Below are positions 9,491 to 17,550 of a stretch of DNA of 64,000 bases, piece after piece. The number at the start of each line of letters is the position of its first letter. Positions within the stretch are counted from its first letter, which is position 1. The translations under genes and the position numbers were made by a program. Origin of the DNA: an uncultured Candidatus Rokubacteria bacterium. Its GTDB lineage: Bacteria; Methylomirabilota; Methylomirabilia; Rokubacteriales; CSP1-6. The stretch is taken from assembly GCA_963762145.1 (NCBI GenBank), contig CAVXJS010000007.1, positions 224,001-288,000 on the forward strand. The letters run 5' to 3'. The notes below the pieces were generated by a model. The model was not told the origin of the DNA. It was given only the letters and a program-made list of their open reading frames with translations, and ran no database searches.

Positions 9491-9931
9491 CTAGACCTTG
9501 CCGAAGATGTACTTGGAGAGCAGCTCCTCGATGTCGACCGGCGGCTCCACCTCGCGGATCCGGCCGTTGGGCTCGATGATCTTGTCCGACCCGCCCGGGC
9601 TGATGCGCACGTACCGCTCGCCGATCAGCCCCTTGGTCTTGATGGAGGCGATCGAGTCGTCCTGGAGCTTGATGCCGGGCTGGATGACCATGATCACCCG
9701 CGCCTGGTAGTCCTGCAGGAGGATCTTGTCCACCCGCCCGATCTCGACGCCCGCGATCTCGATGGCGGACCCGGCCTTGAGGCCTCCCACCGACGGGAAA
9801 TCGGCGCTGATCACGTAGCCCCGGTTGCCCAGGAGGTCGACGCGCCCGAGCTTGACCGACATCCAGCCGAGCGCGAGGAGCCCGACGAGCACGAAGATGC
9901 CGACGCCCAGTTCCAGTACGGAACGCTTCAT
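9491..9931 (-). CDS. mlaD: MlaD MCE-domain protein
   Basis: N-terminal TM, GGLKAGSAIEIAGVEIGRV and SIKTKGLIGERYVRISPGG. Confidence 0.92.
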   Translation of the reverse strand: MKRSVLELGVGIFVLVGLLALGWMSVKLGRVDLLGNRGYVISADFPSVGGLKAGSAIEIAGVEIGRVDKILLQDYQARVIMVIQPGIKLQDDSIASIKTKGLIGERYVRISPGGSDKIIEPNGRIREVEPPVDIEELLSKYIFGKV

Positions 9932-10698
9932 TCTGGTCTCCCGGCTAAGCGCCGTTGCGCCGCAGGCACCATCTCGATGTCCCCGCGGATGAACTGCTGG
10001 ACGATGGGGTTCGCCGAGGCGCGCACCGCCTCCGGCGTCCCGACCTCGACGATCGTACCCTCGTGGAGCATGGCGACCCGGTCCGCGATCTCGAAGATCT
10101 CCGGGATCTCGTGGCTGACCATGACCGCGGTGAAGCGGAACTTGCGGTGCAGCTCCACGACGAGGTGATGGATGGTATTGACCAGGATCGGATCGAGGCC
10201 GGTGGTCGGCTCGTCGAAGAAGACGATCTCGGGCTCGATGATCAGGGCCCGCGCGATGGCGACGCGCTTGCGCATGCCGCCCGAGATCTCCGCCGGGTTC
10301 TTCTGTCCCATGCCGGAGAGCCCGACCTGCGCGAGCTTCTCCTTCACCCGGCTCCGGATCTCCTTGGGCGTCAGGCGGCTCTTCTCCCGGAGCGGGAAGG
10401 CGACGTTCTCGGCCACCGACATGGAGTCGAAGAGGGCGCCCCCCTGGAAGACGACCCCGTAGCGCTCGCGCACCCGGTCCAGCTCGCTCCCGCGCAGTCG
10501 GGTGATCTCGGTTCCGTCGACCGCGACGCTGCCCGAGTCGGGGCGGAGCAGCCCGATCAGATGCTTGAGCAGGACCGACTTGCCGCCGCCGCTCCGGCCG
10601 ATGACGACCATGATCTCGCCGGTGGCGACGTCGAGATCGACGCCGCGCAGGACCGGCTGGCTGCCGAAGCTCCTGTACAGGCGCTGGATCCGGATCAC
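9928..10698 (-). CDS. mlaF: MlaF ABC ATP-binding subunit
   Basis: GTG at 10698 overlaps the mlaE stop; [23 protein letters not shown] and FFDEPTTGLDP. Confidence 0.92.
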   Translation of the reverse strand: MIRIQRLYRSFGSQPVLRGVDLDVATGEIMVVIGRSGGGKSVLLKHLIGLLRPDSGSVAVDGTEITRLRGSELDRVRERYGVVFQGGALFDSMSVAENVAFPLREKSRLTPKEIRSRVKEKLAQVGLSGMGQKNPAEISGGMRKRVAIARALIIEPEIVFFDEPTTGLDPILVNTIHHLVVELHRKFRFTAVMVSHEIPEIFEIADRVAMLHEGTIVEVGTPEAVRASANPIVQQFIRGDIEMVPAAQRRLAGRPE

Positions 10699-11501
10699 GG
10701 CAGGACGGACCCGAGGAAATAGTCCCAGACCAGGATGAGGATGGACGTCAGGACCACCGCCTGGGTGGTGGCGCGCGCGACGCCCTCGGCGCCGTGCCCG
10801 CAGTGGAAGCCCTTGTAGGTGCAGACCCAGGGCACGATGATCCCGAACGAGATCGCCTTCCAGTACCCGGTCATGAGGTCGGACATGGTGACGAAGGTCT
10901 TCATCTCGCCGAAGTACGTGCCGGGAGAGAGCCCGAGGAGCTCGACCCCGACCAGGTAGCCGCCGAAGATGCCCACCACGTCGAAGAGCGCGGTCAGCAG
11001 CGGAAAGGTGATCAGCCCCGCCACCAGGGCCGGCGACACCAGGTACCGCATGGGGTTGAGCGCCATGACCTGGAGCGCGTCGATCTGCTCCGTGATCTTC
11101 ATGATGCCGATCTCGGCGGTCAGCGCCGAGCCGGCCAGGCCGGTGACGAACACCGCGCACAGCACCGGGCCCAGCTCCCGGATCAAGGACAGGGCCACCG
11201 CGGGGCCCAGATAGGCCTCCGAGCCGAACCGCGACAGGGTGAGGAAGATCTGCAGCCCCAGCACCATGCCGGTGAACGCCCCGGTCAGGATGACGATGGT
11301 CAGCGACCGGAAGCCGATGAAGTGGATGCGGTCGACCAGCCGTCCGAGCTTGAAGGGCGGGATGAAGACGTATCCGACCGCCTGCGCGAAGAACTGGCCG
11401 AATCGGCCCAGCGCCGAGACGAGGTCGAGGACCATCCCCCCGAGTGCCGCGATCGGACGAAGCGGCGCCGGCCATAGTTCGCGCGTGGGCGACGAAAACA
11501 T
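10695..11501 (-). CDS. mlaE: MlaE ABC permease
   Basis: IRELGPVL, GSALTAEIGIMKITEQIDAL and GAEGVARATTQAVV motifs. Confidence 0.92.
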   Translation of the reverse strand: MFSSPTRELWPAPLRPIAALGGMVLDLVSALGRFGQFFAQAVGYVFIPPFKLGRLVDRIHFIGFRSLTIVILTGAFTGMVLGLQIFLTLSRFGSEAYLGPAVALSLIRELGPVLCAVFVTGLAGSALTAEIGIMKITEQIDALQVMALNPMRYLVSPALVAGLITFPLLTALFDVVGIFGGYLVGVELLGLSPGTYFGEMKTFVTMSDLMTGYWKAISFGIIVPWVCTYKGFHCGHGAEGVARATTQAVVLTSILILVWDYFLGSVLP

Positions 11502-11507
11502 CGCCCG

Positions 11508-11516
11508 ATACTAGCA
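11508..11516 (-). promoter_or_regulatory. extended -10 promoter (TG-c-TAGTAT) giving a probably leaderless mlaE transcript
   Basis: The -10 box ends 6 nt before the ATG at 11501; no Shine-Dalgarno sequence is present. Confidence 0.5.
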
Positions 11517-11543
11517 CAGAGCCCCGTCAACTCGCCGCCGTCC

Positions 11544-11572
11544 TTGAAAAAAATCGGTCAGTTCCGTATCGT
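11544..11572 (+). promoter_or_regulatory. sigma70-type promoter for the rightward hopanoid operon
   Basis: TTGAAA (11544-11549), 17-bp spacer, TATCGT (11567-11572) in the divergent intergenic region. Confidence 0.55.
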
Positions 11573-11596
11573 GAATGCGTGGCGCACCCGCACTCG

Positions 11597-12367
11597 ATGG
11601 ACACGGTCTGGTCGGTCGTGAGCCTCCTCGGCGGCACCTTCGTGCTGCGACCGTACGTGGTCGGCTTCCTGGCCTTCTTCCTGGTCGCGGCCACGCGGGA
11701 TCTCGGCCGCGCGGGGGCCCTCGGGTTCCTGGTCTGGGGCTTCCTCGTCGCGCTGGTGGCCGAGCTCTCGTCGACGCGCGTGGGGCTGCCCTTCGGCCTC
11801 TATCACTACACCGGAGCGACCGCGGGCGCGGAGCTGTTCATCCGGAACGTCCCGTTCTTCTCGCCTCTGTCGTTTCCGTTCCTGGCCTATGCCTCCTTTT
11901 GCCTGGCCCGGTGGGCCCTGGGCCCGGGCTGGGCCGGGAGCCGCGCAGCCCGTCTCCGCACGGTCGCTCTCGCGGGCCTGCTGATGACGCTGCTGGACGT
12001 CGTCATCGATCCGCTCGCGGTGCGGGGCGAGCTCTGGTTCCTCGGCCATGTCTTCATCTACCCGGAGGGCGGGCTCTACTTCGGGGTCCCGCTCTCGAAT
12101 TTCGTCGGCTGGTGTCTGGTCGGCTTGGCCACCGTCGGGGGCTACGTCAACGTGGCCGGGGACGGACGGATGGGCTCGCCCCGCCTGGGGATCGCGCTCT
12201 ACTACGGGGTCCTGGCGGTGAACCTGGCCGTGACGGTGTGGACCGGCGAATTACTCATTGCCGCCGCGGGAATAGTGGTTCAGTCGGGGGTCTTTCTGCT
12301 ACTGTACACTGTCAATCGGGTCTCGCCCGGTCGATGGTCGGCCGGGCGGCTGTCTGTCACCTCCTGA
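11597..12367 (+). CDS. CruF-like 'carotenoid biosynthesis' membrane protein (DUF422)
   Basis: AELSSTRVGLPFGLYHY, LLDVVIDPLAV and YFGVPLSNFVGW motifs; multi-TM. Confidence 0.8.
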   Translation: MDTVWSVVSLLGGTFVLRPYVVGFLAFFLVAATRDLGRAGALGFLVWGFLVALVAELSSTRVGLPFGLYHYTGATAGAELFIRNVPFFSPLSFPFLAYASFCLARWALGPGWAGSRAARLRTVALAGLLMTLLDVVIDPLAVRGELWFLGHVFIYPEGGLYFGVPLSNFVGWCLVGLATVGGYVNVAGDGRMGSPRLGIALYYGVLAVNLAVTVWTGELLIAAAGIVVQSGVFLLLYTVNRVSPGRWSAGRLSVTS

Positions 12368-12388
12368 CGCTGAAAGGGTTCGCGAGAC

Positions 12389-13405
12389 ATGGGCGTTCCG
12401 GTATCTCAGATGTGGACGGTGGCGACGTACGTCCTCGGCCAGAAGCTGGCCGGGCGCAAGCGCTATCCGCTCGTTCTGATGCTCGAGCCGCTCTTCCGCT
12501 GCAATCTGGCCTGTGCCGGATGCGGGAAGATCCAGTACCCGGCCCAGATCCTCAAGAAGCACCTGAGCATCGAGAAATGCCTGGCCGCGGTGGAGGAGTG
12601 CGGCGCGCCGATGGTCAGCATTCCGGGTGGGGAGCCGCTCATGTACCCGGAGATCGACCGGCTGGTGAAGGAGCTGGTGAAGCGGAAAAAGTACGTGTAT
12701 CTGTGCACGAACGCCATCCTGCTGAAGGAGAAGCTCGACCTCTTCACCCCGTCGAAGTACCTCTCGTTCAGCGTCCACATGGACGGCCTGCGCGAGGAGC
12801 ACGACGAGGCGGTGTGCCGGGACGGCGTCTACGACCAGGCGGTGCCCGCGATCCGCGAGGCGGTGGCGCGCGGCTTCCGGGTGACGACGAACAGCACGCT
12901 GTTCGACGGGGCCTCGCCGCTGCGGATGCGCGAGTTCTTCGACGAGATGATGACGCTGGGCGTCGAGGGCATGATGATCTCCCCGGGCTACAGCTACTCG
13001 AAGGCCCCCGATCAGGAGCACTTCCTGCTGGAGGCCCGCACCCACGAGCTCTTCACCACGATGCTCTCGAAGCCGAAGAAGCGCTGGCGCTTCAACCAGT
13101 CGCCGCTCTTCCTTCGCTTCCTGATGGGCAAGAAGGACTTCGAGTGCACCCCGTGGGGCAACCCGACCTACAACATGTTCGGGTGGCAGCGCCCGTGCTA
13201 TCTGCTCCAGGAGGGCTACACCAAGACCTTCCGGGAGCTGATGGACACCACCCCCTGGGAGAACTACGGCAAGAAGAGCGGCAACGAGAAGTGCCGGGAC
13301 TGCATGGTGCACTGCGGGTACGAGGCCACGGCCGTGGACTACACGTTCAGCTCGATGAAGGGCTTCGTGGAGACGGTCGGGGTCACGCTGACCGGCAAGC
13401 TCTAG
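12389..13405 (+). CDS. hpnH: adenosyl-hopene transferase, radical SAM
   Basis: YPLVLMLEPLFRCNLACAGCGKI, CTPWGNPTYNMFGWQRPCYLL and CRDCMVHCGYE. Confidence 0.95.
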   Translation: MGVPVSQMWTVATYVLGQKLAGRKRYPLVLMLEPLFRCNLACAGCGKIQYPAQILKKHLSIEKCLAAVEECGAPMVSIPGGEPLMYPEIDRLVKELVKRKKYVYLCTNAILLKEKLDLFTPSKYLSFSVHMDGLREEHDEAVCRDGVYDQAVPAIREAVARGFRVTTNSTLFDGASPLRMREFFDEMMTLGVEGMMISPGYSYSKAPDQEHFLLEARTHELFTTMLSKPKKRWRFNQSPLFLRFLMGKKDFECTPWGNPTYNMFGWQRPCYLLQEGYTKTFRELMDTTPWENYGKKSGNEKCRDCMVHCGYEATAVDYTFSSMKGFVETVGVTLTGKL

Positions 13406-13415
13406 AGGGCGCGGC

Positions 13416-13775
13416 ATGAGCCTCGAGGGCTGGGTGCCCGAGGTCGGGCAGTACCTGACGCTGGCGGAAGTGGTGGAGTTCGCCTTCGACTACCGGGGCA
13501 ACACCACGATCGTCCGGACCGACGGCACCGAGGTGGTCGGCTACATCTTCAACCGCAATACCTACGGGCCCGAGCCCTACCTCGAGTACTTCGACGAGGG
13601 CGGGGAGGGTCCCTTCACGCTCCGCTACGCCGAGGTCGCCAACATCAAGTTTTCCGGCAAGGACACCGCGGCCGGGAACAGCTGGCGGGCGTGGATCGAG
13701 CGCAAGGAGCGGGAGAAGGCCGAGAAGGGCGCGGCCGCCGGGGTTGTCCGGAATTCTGATCCTCACCGCGGTTGA
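13416..13775 (+). CDS. hypothetical protein in the hopanoid operon
   Basis: 119 aa with typical codon usage, tightly placed between hpnH and hpnG; no family recognised. Confidence 0.7.
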   Translation: MSLEGWVPEVGQYLTLAEVVEFAFDYRGNTTIVRTDGTEVVGYIFNRNTYGPEPYLEYFDEGGEGPFTLRYAEVANIKFSGKDTAAGNSWRAWIERKEREKAEKGAAAGVVRNSDPHRG

Positions 13776-14460
13776 GCTCGAGGCGCGGGTCCTGGCCCGC
13801 CGGCTCGAGCTTCCGCCTATCACCGTCCTGCCCTTTCCCGCCTTCGGGCGCGGTCTGCTCCGGGTCGCGCCGGTCGGTCTGCGGGCCGGCCTCCTCGGCT
13901 CGCGCTGGCCGCGGCTGCTCGCCGGGTTCAACTATCCGCTCGTGGTCTCGAGCGGTGTCTGCGGCGGCCTCGCGCCCGACCTGAGCGTGGGCGAGCTCGT
14001 CGTGCCCGAGAGCGTGCTCGGGCCCGGCGGCGAGCGCCTCAACGTGACGCCCACGCGGCACCGGCAGGCCACCGAGCTGGCGGGCGCCGCGCGCGGCGGC
14101 ACCCTCGTGACCTCGCGCGAGGTGGCGGCGACCGCCGAGGCCAAGGCGGCGCTCTTCGCGAGCACCGGCGCGGTGGCGGTGGACCTGGAGTCCGCCATCA
14201 TCCTGACGCACGCGGGGTCCGCGGGCTGCCCGACGCTGGTCGTGCGCGGCGTCTCGGACGCGGCGGGCGACAGCGTGCCGCTCGAGCTCATCGAGCTCAT
14301 GACGCCGGAGGGGAAGCTGCGCCCGGGGCGCGCGCTGGCCCTGACCGTCACGCGCCCGCGCCTGCTGCCGCGGGCCCTTGCCCTGAGTCGCGCCACGCGG
14401 CTCGCCCTCACCGCGGTCGCGCGGGTGATCGCGGCGATCGCGGCCTCATCGCGGCCGTGA
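13744..14460 (+). CDS. hpnG: hopanoid-associated nucleoside phosphorylase (MTA/SAH nucleosidase-like)
   Basis: ILTAVELEAR, SSGVCGGLAPDL, GAVAVDLES and VRGVSD motifs; located next to hpnH. Confidence 0.75.
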   Translation: MSGILILTAVELEARVLARRLELPPITVLPFPAFGRGLLRVAPVGLRAGLLGSRWPRLLAGFNYPLVVSSGVCGGLAPDLSVGELVVPESVLGPGGERLNVTPTRHRQATELAGAARGGTLVTSREVAATAEAKAALFASTGAVAVDLESAIILTHAGSAGCPTLVVRGVSDAAGDSVPLELIELMTPEGKLRPGRALALTVTRPRLLPRALALSRATRLALTAVARVIAAIAASSRP

Positions 14461-15470
14461 ACGTCCTCGTCACCGGGGGCACCGGGTTCGTGGGGGCCAA
14501 CCTCGTACGGGAGCTCCTCGCGGACGGCCACACGGTGCGCGTGCTGGCGCGGCCCGGCGGCGACCGGCGCGCCCTCGAGGGCTGCGCGGTGGACATCGTC
14601 GAGGGCGACCTGCTGGATGCCCGGTCGCTCCGCGTGGCGGTGGCCGGGGCCCGTCACGTCTACCACGTGGCCGCCGACTACCGGCTCTGGGCGCCGGACC
14701 TCCAGGTGCTCTACCGCGCCAACGTGGATGGCACGCGGCACCTCCTGGCCGCGGCGGCCGAGGCGGGCGCGGAGCGCATCGTCTACACCTCCACGGTGGG
14801 CGCGGTCGGCATTCCCAAGGACGGCACCCCGGGGGACGAGACGACGCCGGTGTCCCTCGCCGACATGGTCGGCGCGTACAAGGCGTCGAAGTTCTTGGCC
14901 GAGCGGGTGGCCGACGAATGGGCGGCGCGCGGCGCGCCGGTGATCATCGTCAATCCGTCGGCGCCGATCGGCCCGTGGGATATCAAGCCCACGCCCACCG
15001 GGCAGATGATCGTGGACTTCCTGAACGGCAAGATGGTCGGGTCGGTGGATACCGGGCTCAACATCGTCCACGTTCGCGACGTGGCCCGCGGCCACATCCT
15101 GGCCGCCGAGAAGGGCCGGGTGGGCGAGCGCTACATCCTGGGCCACCGCGACCTGTCGCTTCTGGAGATCTTCCAGATGCTCTCTACCCTGACCGGGGTG
15201 CCCGCGCCGCGCTTCCGCGTGCCGTACGCGGTCGCGTGGATGGCGGCCGCCGCCATGGAGGGCGTCTCCCTCGTCACCCGCCGTCCCCCCGCGGTGCCCC
15301 TCACCGCGGTGCGCATGTCCCGCAAGCGCATGTACTTCAGCACGGCCAAGGCGATCCGAGAACTAGGATTGCCGCAGACGCCAGCGGAGACCGCCCTCAA
15401 GGACGCGGTGGCCTGGTTTACCGACCGCGGCTATGCGAACGCCAAACGGAATCGGGGAAGCGCGGCATGA
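14457..15470 (+). CDS. hpnA: hopanoid-associated NAD-dependent epimerase/dehydratase
   Basis: VTGGTGFVG, HVAADYRLW, YKASK and NPSAPIGPWDIKPTPTG. Confidence 0.9.
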   Translation: MNVLVTGGTGFVGANLVRELLADGHTVRVLARPGGDRRALEGCAVDIVEGDLLDARSLRVAVAGARHVYHVAADYRLWAPDLQVLYRANVDGTRHLLAAAAEAGAERIVYTSTVGAVGIPKDGTPGDETTPVSLADMVGAYKASKFLAERVADEWAARGAPVIIVNPSAPIGPWDIKPTPTGQMIVDFLNGKMVGSVDTGLNIVHVRDVARGHILAAEKGRVGERYILGHRDLSLLEIFQMLSTLTGVPAPRFRVPYAVAWMAAAAMEGVSLVTRRPPAVPLTAVRMSRKRMYFSTAKAIRELGLPQTPAETALKDAVAWFTDRGYANAKRNRGSAA

Positions 15471-15625
15471 GGTGGGGTATCGAGCGCGGCGCCCACACCC
15501 AAACGGAATCGGGGAGCGCGGCATGACGTGGGGTGGAGAGCGCGGCGTGACGTGGGGTACCGAGCGCGGCGCCTACACGCCAAACGGAACTGGGGGAGTG
15601 CGGGGGCCATTTCTGGGCCCCCGCA
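15442..15625 (+). repeat. degenerate modular repeat array ending in a 10-bp GC hairpin
   Basis: CCAAACGGAA occurs at 15442, 15499 and 15580; agcgcggcRTGAsGTGGGGT occurs three times; the hairpin is tgcgggggcc-atttctg-ggcccccgca (15599-15625). Confidence 0.8.
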
Positions 15626-15699
15626 TATGAAGAGCTTTTAAGAACTAGACGGATGACAGCACAGACAGCCCAGACGACAGCACAGAAGGATACGACGGC

Positions 15700-16548
15700 A
15701 TGAACGCCGGACAGTTCGTCTCGCGTCTGACCCGCAAGAGCCGCTCGAACTTCTTCTACGCGTTCCTCTGCCTCCCCCGGGCCCAGCGCGAGGCGATCTA
15801 CGCGTGCTACGCCTTCTGCCGCATCGTGGACGACGCGGTGGACCTGGTGTCCGACCGCGAGAAGCAGCGCGCGGAGCTCGGACGCTGGCGCGAGGAGATC
15901 GCGCGCGTCTACGAAGGGCGGCCCGAGCATCCGGCGGGCCAGCGACTGCAGGTGGCGGTCCGGCAGTTCCCGATCCCGCGCGCCGCGCTCGAGGAGATCA
16001 TCGCGGGAGTGGAGATGGACATGGACCATCCCACCTACGAGACCTTCGACACGCTGTATCCCTACTGCTATCGGGTGGCCTCCGCGGTGGGGCTCTGCTG
16101 CATCGAGATCTTCGGCTACTCGGACCCGCGGACGCGCGAGTACGCGGTGAACCTGGGGGTCGCGCTCCAGCTCACCAACATCCTCCGAGACGTCCAGGTG
16201 GACGCGCGCATCGGGCGCGTCTACCTCCCGCAGGCCGACCTGCGGCGCTTCGGGGTGGCCGCGGAGGACCTGGCGCAGGGGCGGTACACGCCCGCCTTCG
16301 TCGAGCTCATGACCTTCGAGGCATCGCGCGCCCACGAGTACTACCAGCGCGCGTGGGCGGCGCTGCCGGCGGCCGACGCGCGGCGGCTGTTCGCGGCCGA
16401 GATCATGGGCCGTACCTACTTCGCGCTGCTGCGGGCCATCGAGGCGCGGCGCTTCGACGTCTTCACCCGTCGCGTTGCCCTGTCCACCCCCCGCCGTCTC
16501 GCCATCGCCTTCCGCTGCTGGCTCGGTGCCCGCCTGGCCGTCTCGTGA
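15700..16548 (+). CDS. hpnD: presqualene diphosphate synthase
   Basis: SRSNFFYAF, YAFCRIVDDAVD, YCYRVASAVG and LQLTNILRDV. Confidence 0.88.
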   Translation: MNAGQFVSRLTRKSRSNFFYAFLCLPRAQREAIYACYAFCRIVDDAVDLVSDREKQRAELGRWREEIARVYEGRPEHPAGQRLQVAVRQFPIPRAALEEIIAGVEMDMDHPTYETFDTLYPYCYRVASAVGLCCIEIFGYSDPRTREYAVNLGVALQLTNILRDVQVDARIGRVYLPQADLRRFGVAAEDLAQGRYTPAFVELMTFEASRAHEYYQRAWAALPAADARRLFAAEIMGRTYFALLRAIEARRFDVFTRRVALSTPRRLAIAFRCWLGARLAVS

Positions 16549-17549
16549 AGGCCGCGGTCTGCGACGGGGGTGCCATCGAGCTGCGCGAGTGGCCCGTGCC
16601 CACCCCGGGCCCCGGCGAGCTCCTGCTGCGCGTGAGCGGCTGCGGGCTCTGCGGCTCCGACATCCTCAAGATCAACGCGGCCACACCCGGGCCGGCCGTC
16701 CTCGGCCACGAGGTGGTGGGGCAGGTCGTGGAGATCGGGGCGGGGGTGCGGCGCTTCGCGCCCGGCGACCGGCTCGTGGTCGCCCATCACGTGCCGTGCT
16801 TTCGCTGCCACTACTGCCGGCGCGGCAGCCCCTCCATGTGCCGCCACTTCAAGCGGGTCAATCTCGATCCGGGCGGCTTCGCGGAGCTGGTCCGCGTGCC
16901 CGCGCCCAACGTGGAGCACGCCGCCTTCCGCCTGCCCGCCGGGATGACCGAGGAGACCGCGTCCTTCACCGAGCCGCTGGCCTGCTGCCTGCGCGCGGTG
17001 AAGCGGAGCCAGGTGGCCGCGGGTGACACCGCGCTCGTGGTGGGCCTCGGCTCGATTGGCTGCCTGCTGGCCCAGCTCCTCGCTCTCGAGGGCGCGCGGG
17101 TCTTCGCCGCCGACCTGCTCGAGTCCCGGCGCGCGCTGGGGCGCCACCTGGGCGCGCGCGTGCTCGATGACGACGCCGCGCTGGACGCCGCGCTGGGCGA
17201 GGCGACCGACGGGCGCGGCGCCGATCTCGTGGTCATCACCGCGGGCGGTGCCGCCGCGCTGCCCGCCGCGGCCGCGCGCGTGCGCGACGGCGGGACGCTG
17301 CACTACTTCGCGGGCGGCGCGGGTGAGGGCCTGCCACTGTCGCTCGGCGCGCTCTACCATCGCGAGCTGACGCTCACCGCCACCTACTCGTCCTCCCCGG
17401 CCGAGCTCGAGGAGGCCTTCGCGCTCCTGGCGGGGGATCGGATCCGGGTGGACGGTCTCATCAGCCACCGGCTTCCGCTCGGGCGCCTGGGCGAAGGCGT
17501 GGAGCTGATGCGCCGCCACGAGGCGGTGAAGGTCTACGTGATTCCGTAG
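16545..17549 (+). CDS. zinc-dependent (sorbitol/threonine dehydrogenase-like) alcohol dehydrogenase 1
   Basis: GTG at 16545 overlaps the hpnD stop; CGLCGSD, LGHE, CFRCHYCRRGSPSMC and GLGSIG. Confidence 0.88.
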   Translation: MKAAVCDGGAIELREWPVPTPGPGELLLRVSGCGLCGSDILKINAATPGPAVLGHEVVGQVVEIGAGVRRFAPGDRLVVAHHVPCFRCHYCRRGSPSMCRHFKRVNLDPGGFAELVRVPAPNVEHAAFRLPAGMTEETASFTEPLACCLRAVKRSQVAAGDTALVVGLGSIGCLLAQLLALEGARVFAADLLESRRALGRHLGARVLDDDAALDAALGEATDGRGADLVVITAGGAAALPAAAARVRDGGTLHYFAGGAGEGLPLSLGALYHRELTLTATYSSSPAELEEAFALLAGDRIRVDGLISHRLPLGRLGEGVELMRRHEAVKVYVIP

Positions 17550-17550
17550 C

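Noticed and set aside
4761-11517. Long ORF-track entries 4761-6656, 6906-8261 and 9928-11517 as large fusion proteins
   Set aside because: Their N-terminal extensions are alternative-frame read-through of upstream genes. The real starts are the overlapping GTGs at 5732, 7649 and 10698.
15442-15625. Possible mini CRISPR array
   Set aside because: The repeats are short and unevenly spaced, the intervening sequences are themselves repeated rather than unique spacers, and no cas genes are present.
15700-16548. Phytoene synthase (crtB) and a carotenoid pathway with the CruF-like gene
   Set aside because: The context is hpnH/G/A/N and no desaturase or cyclase genes are present, so HpnD is the better call.
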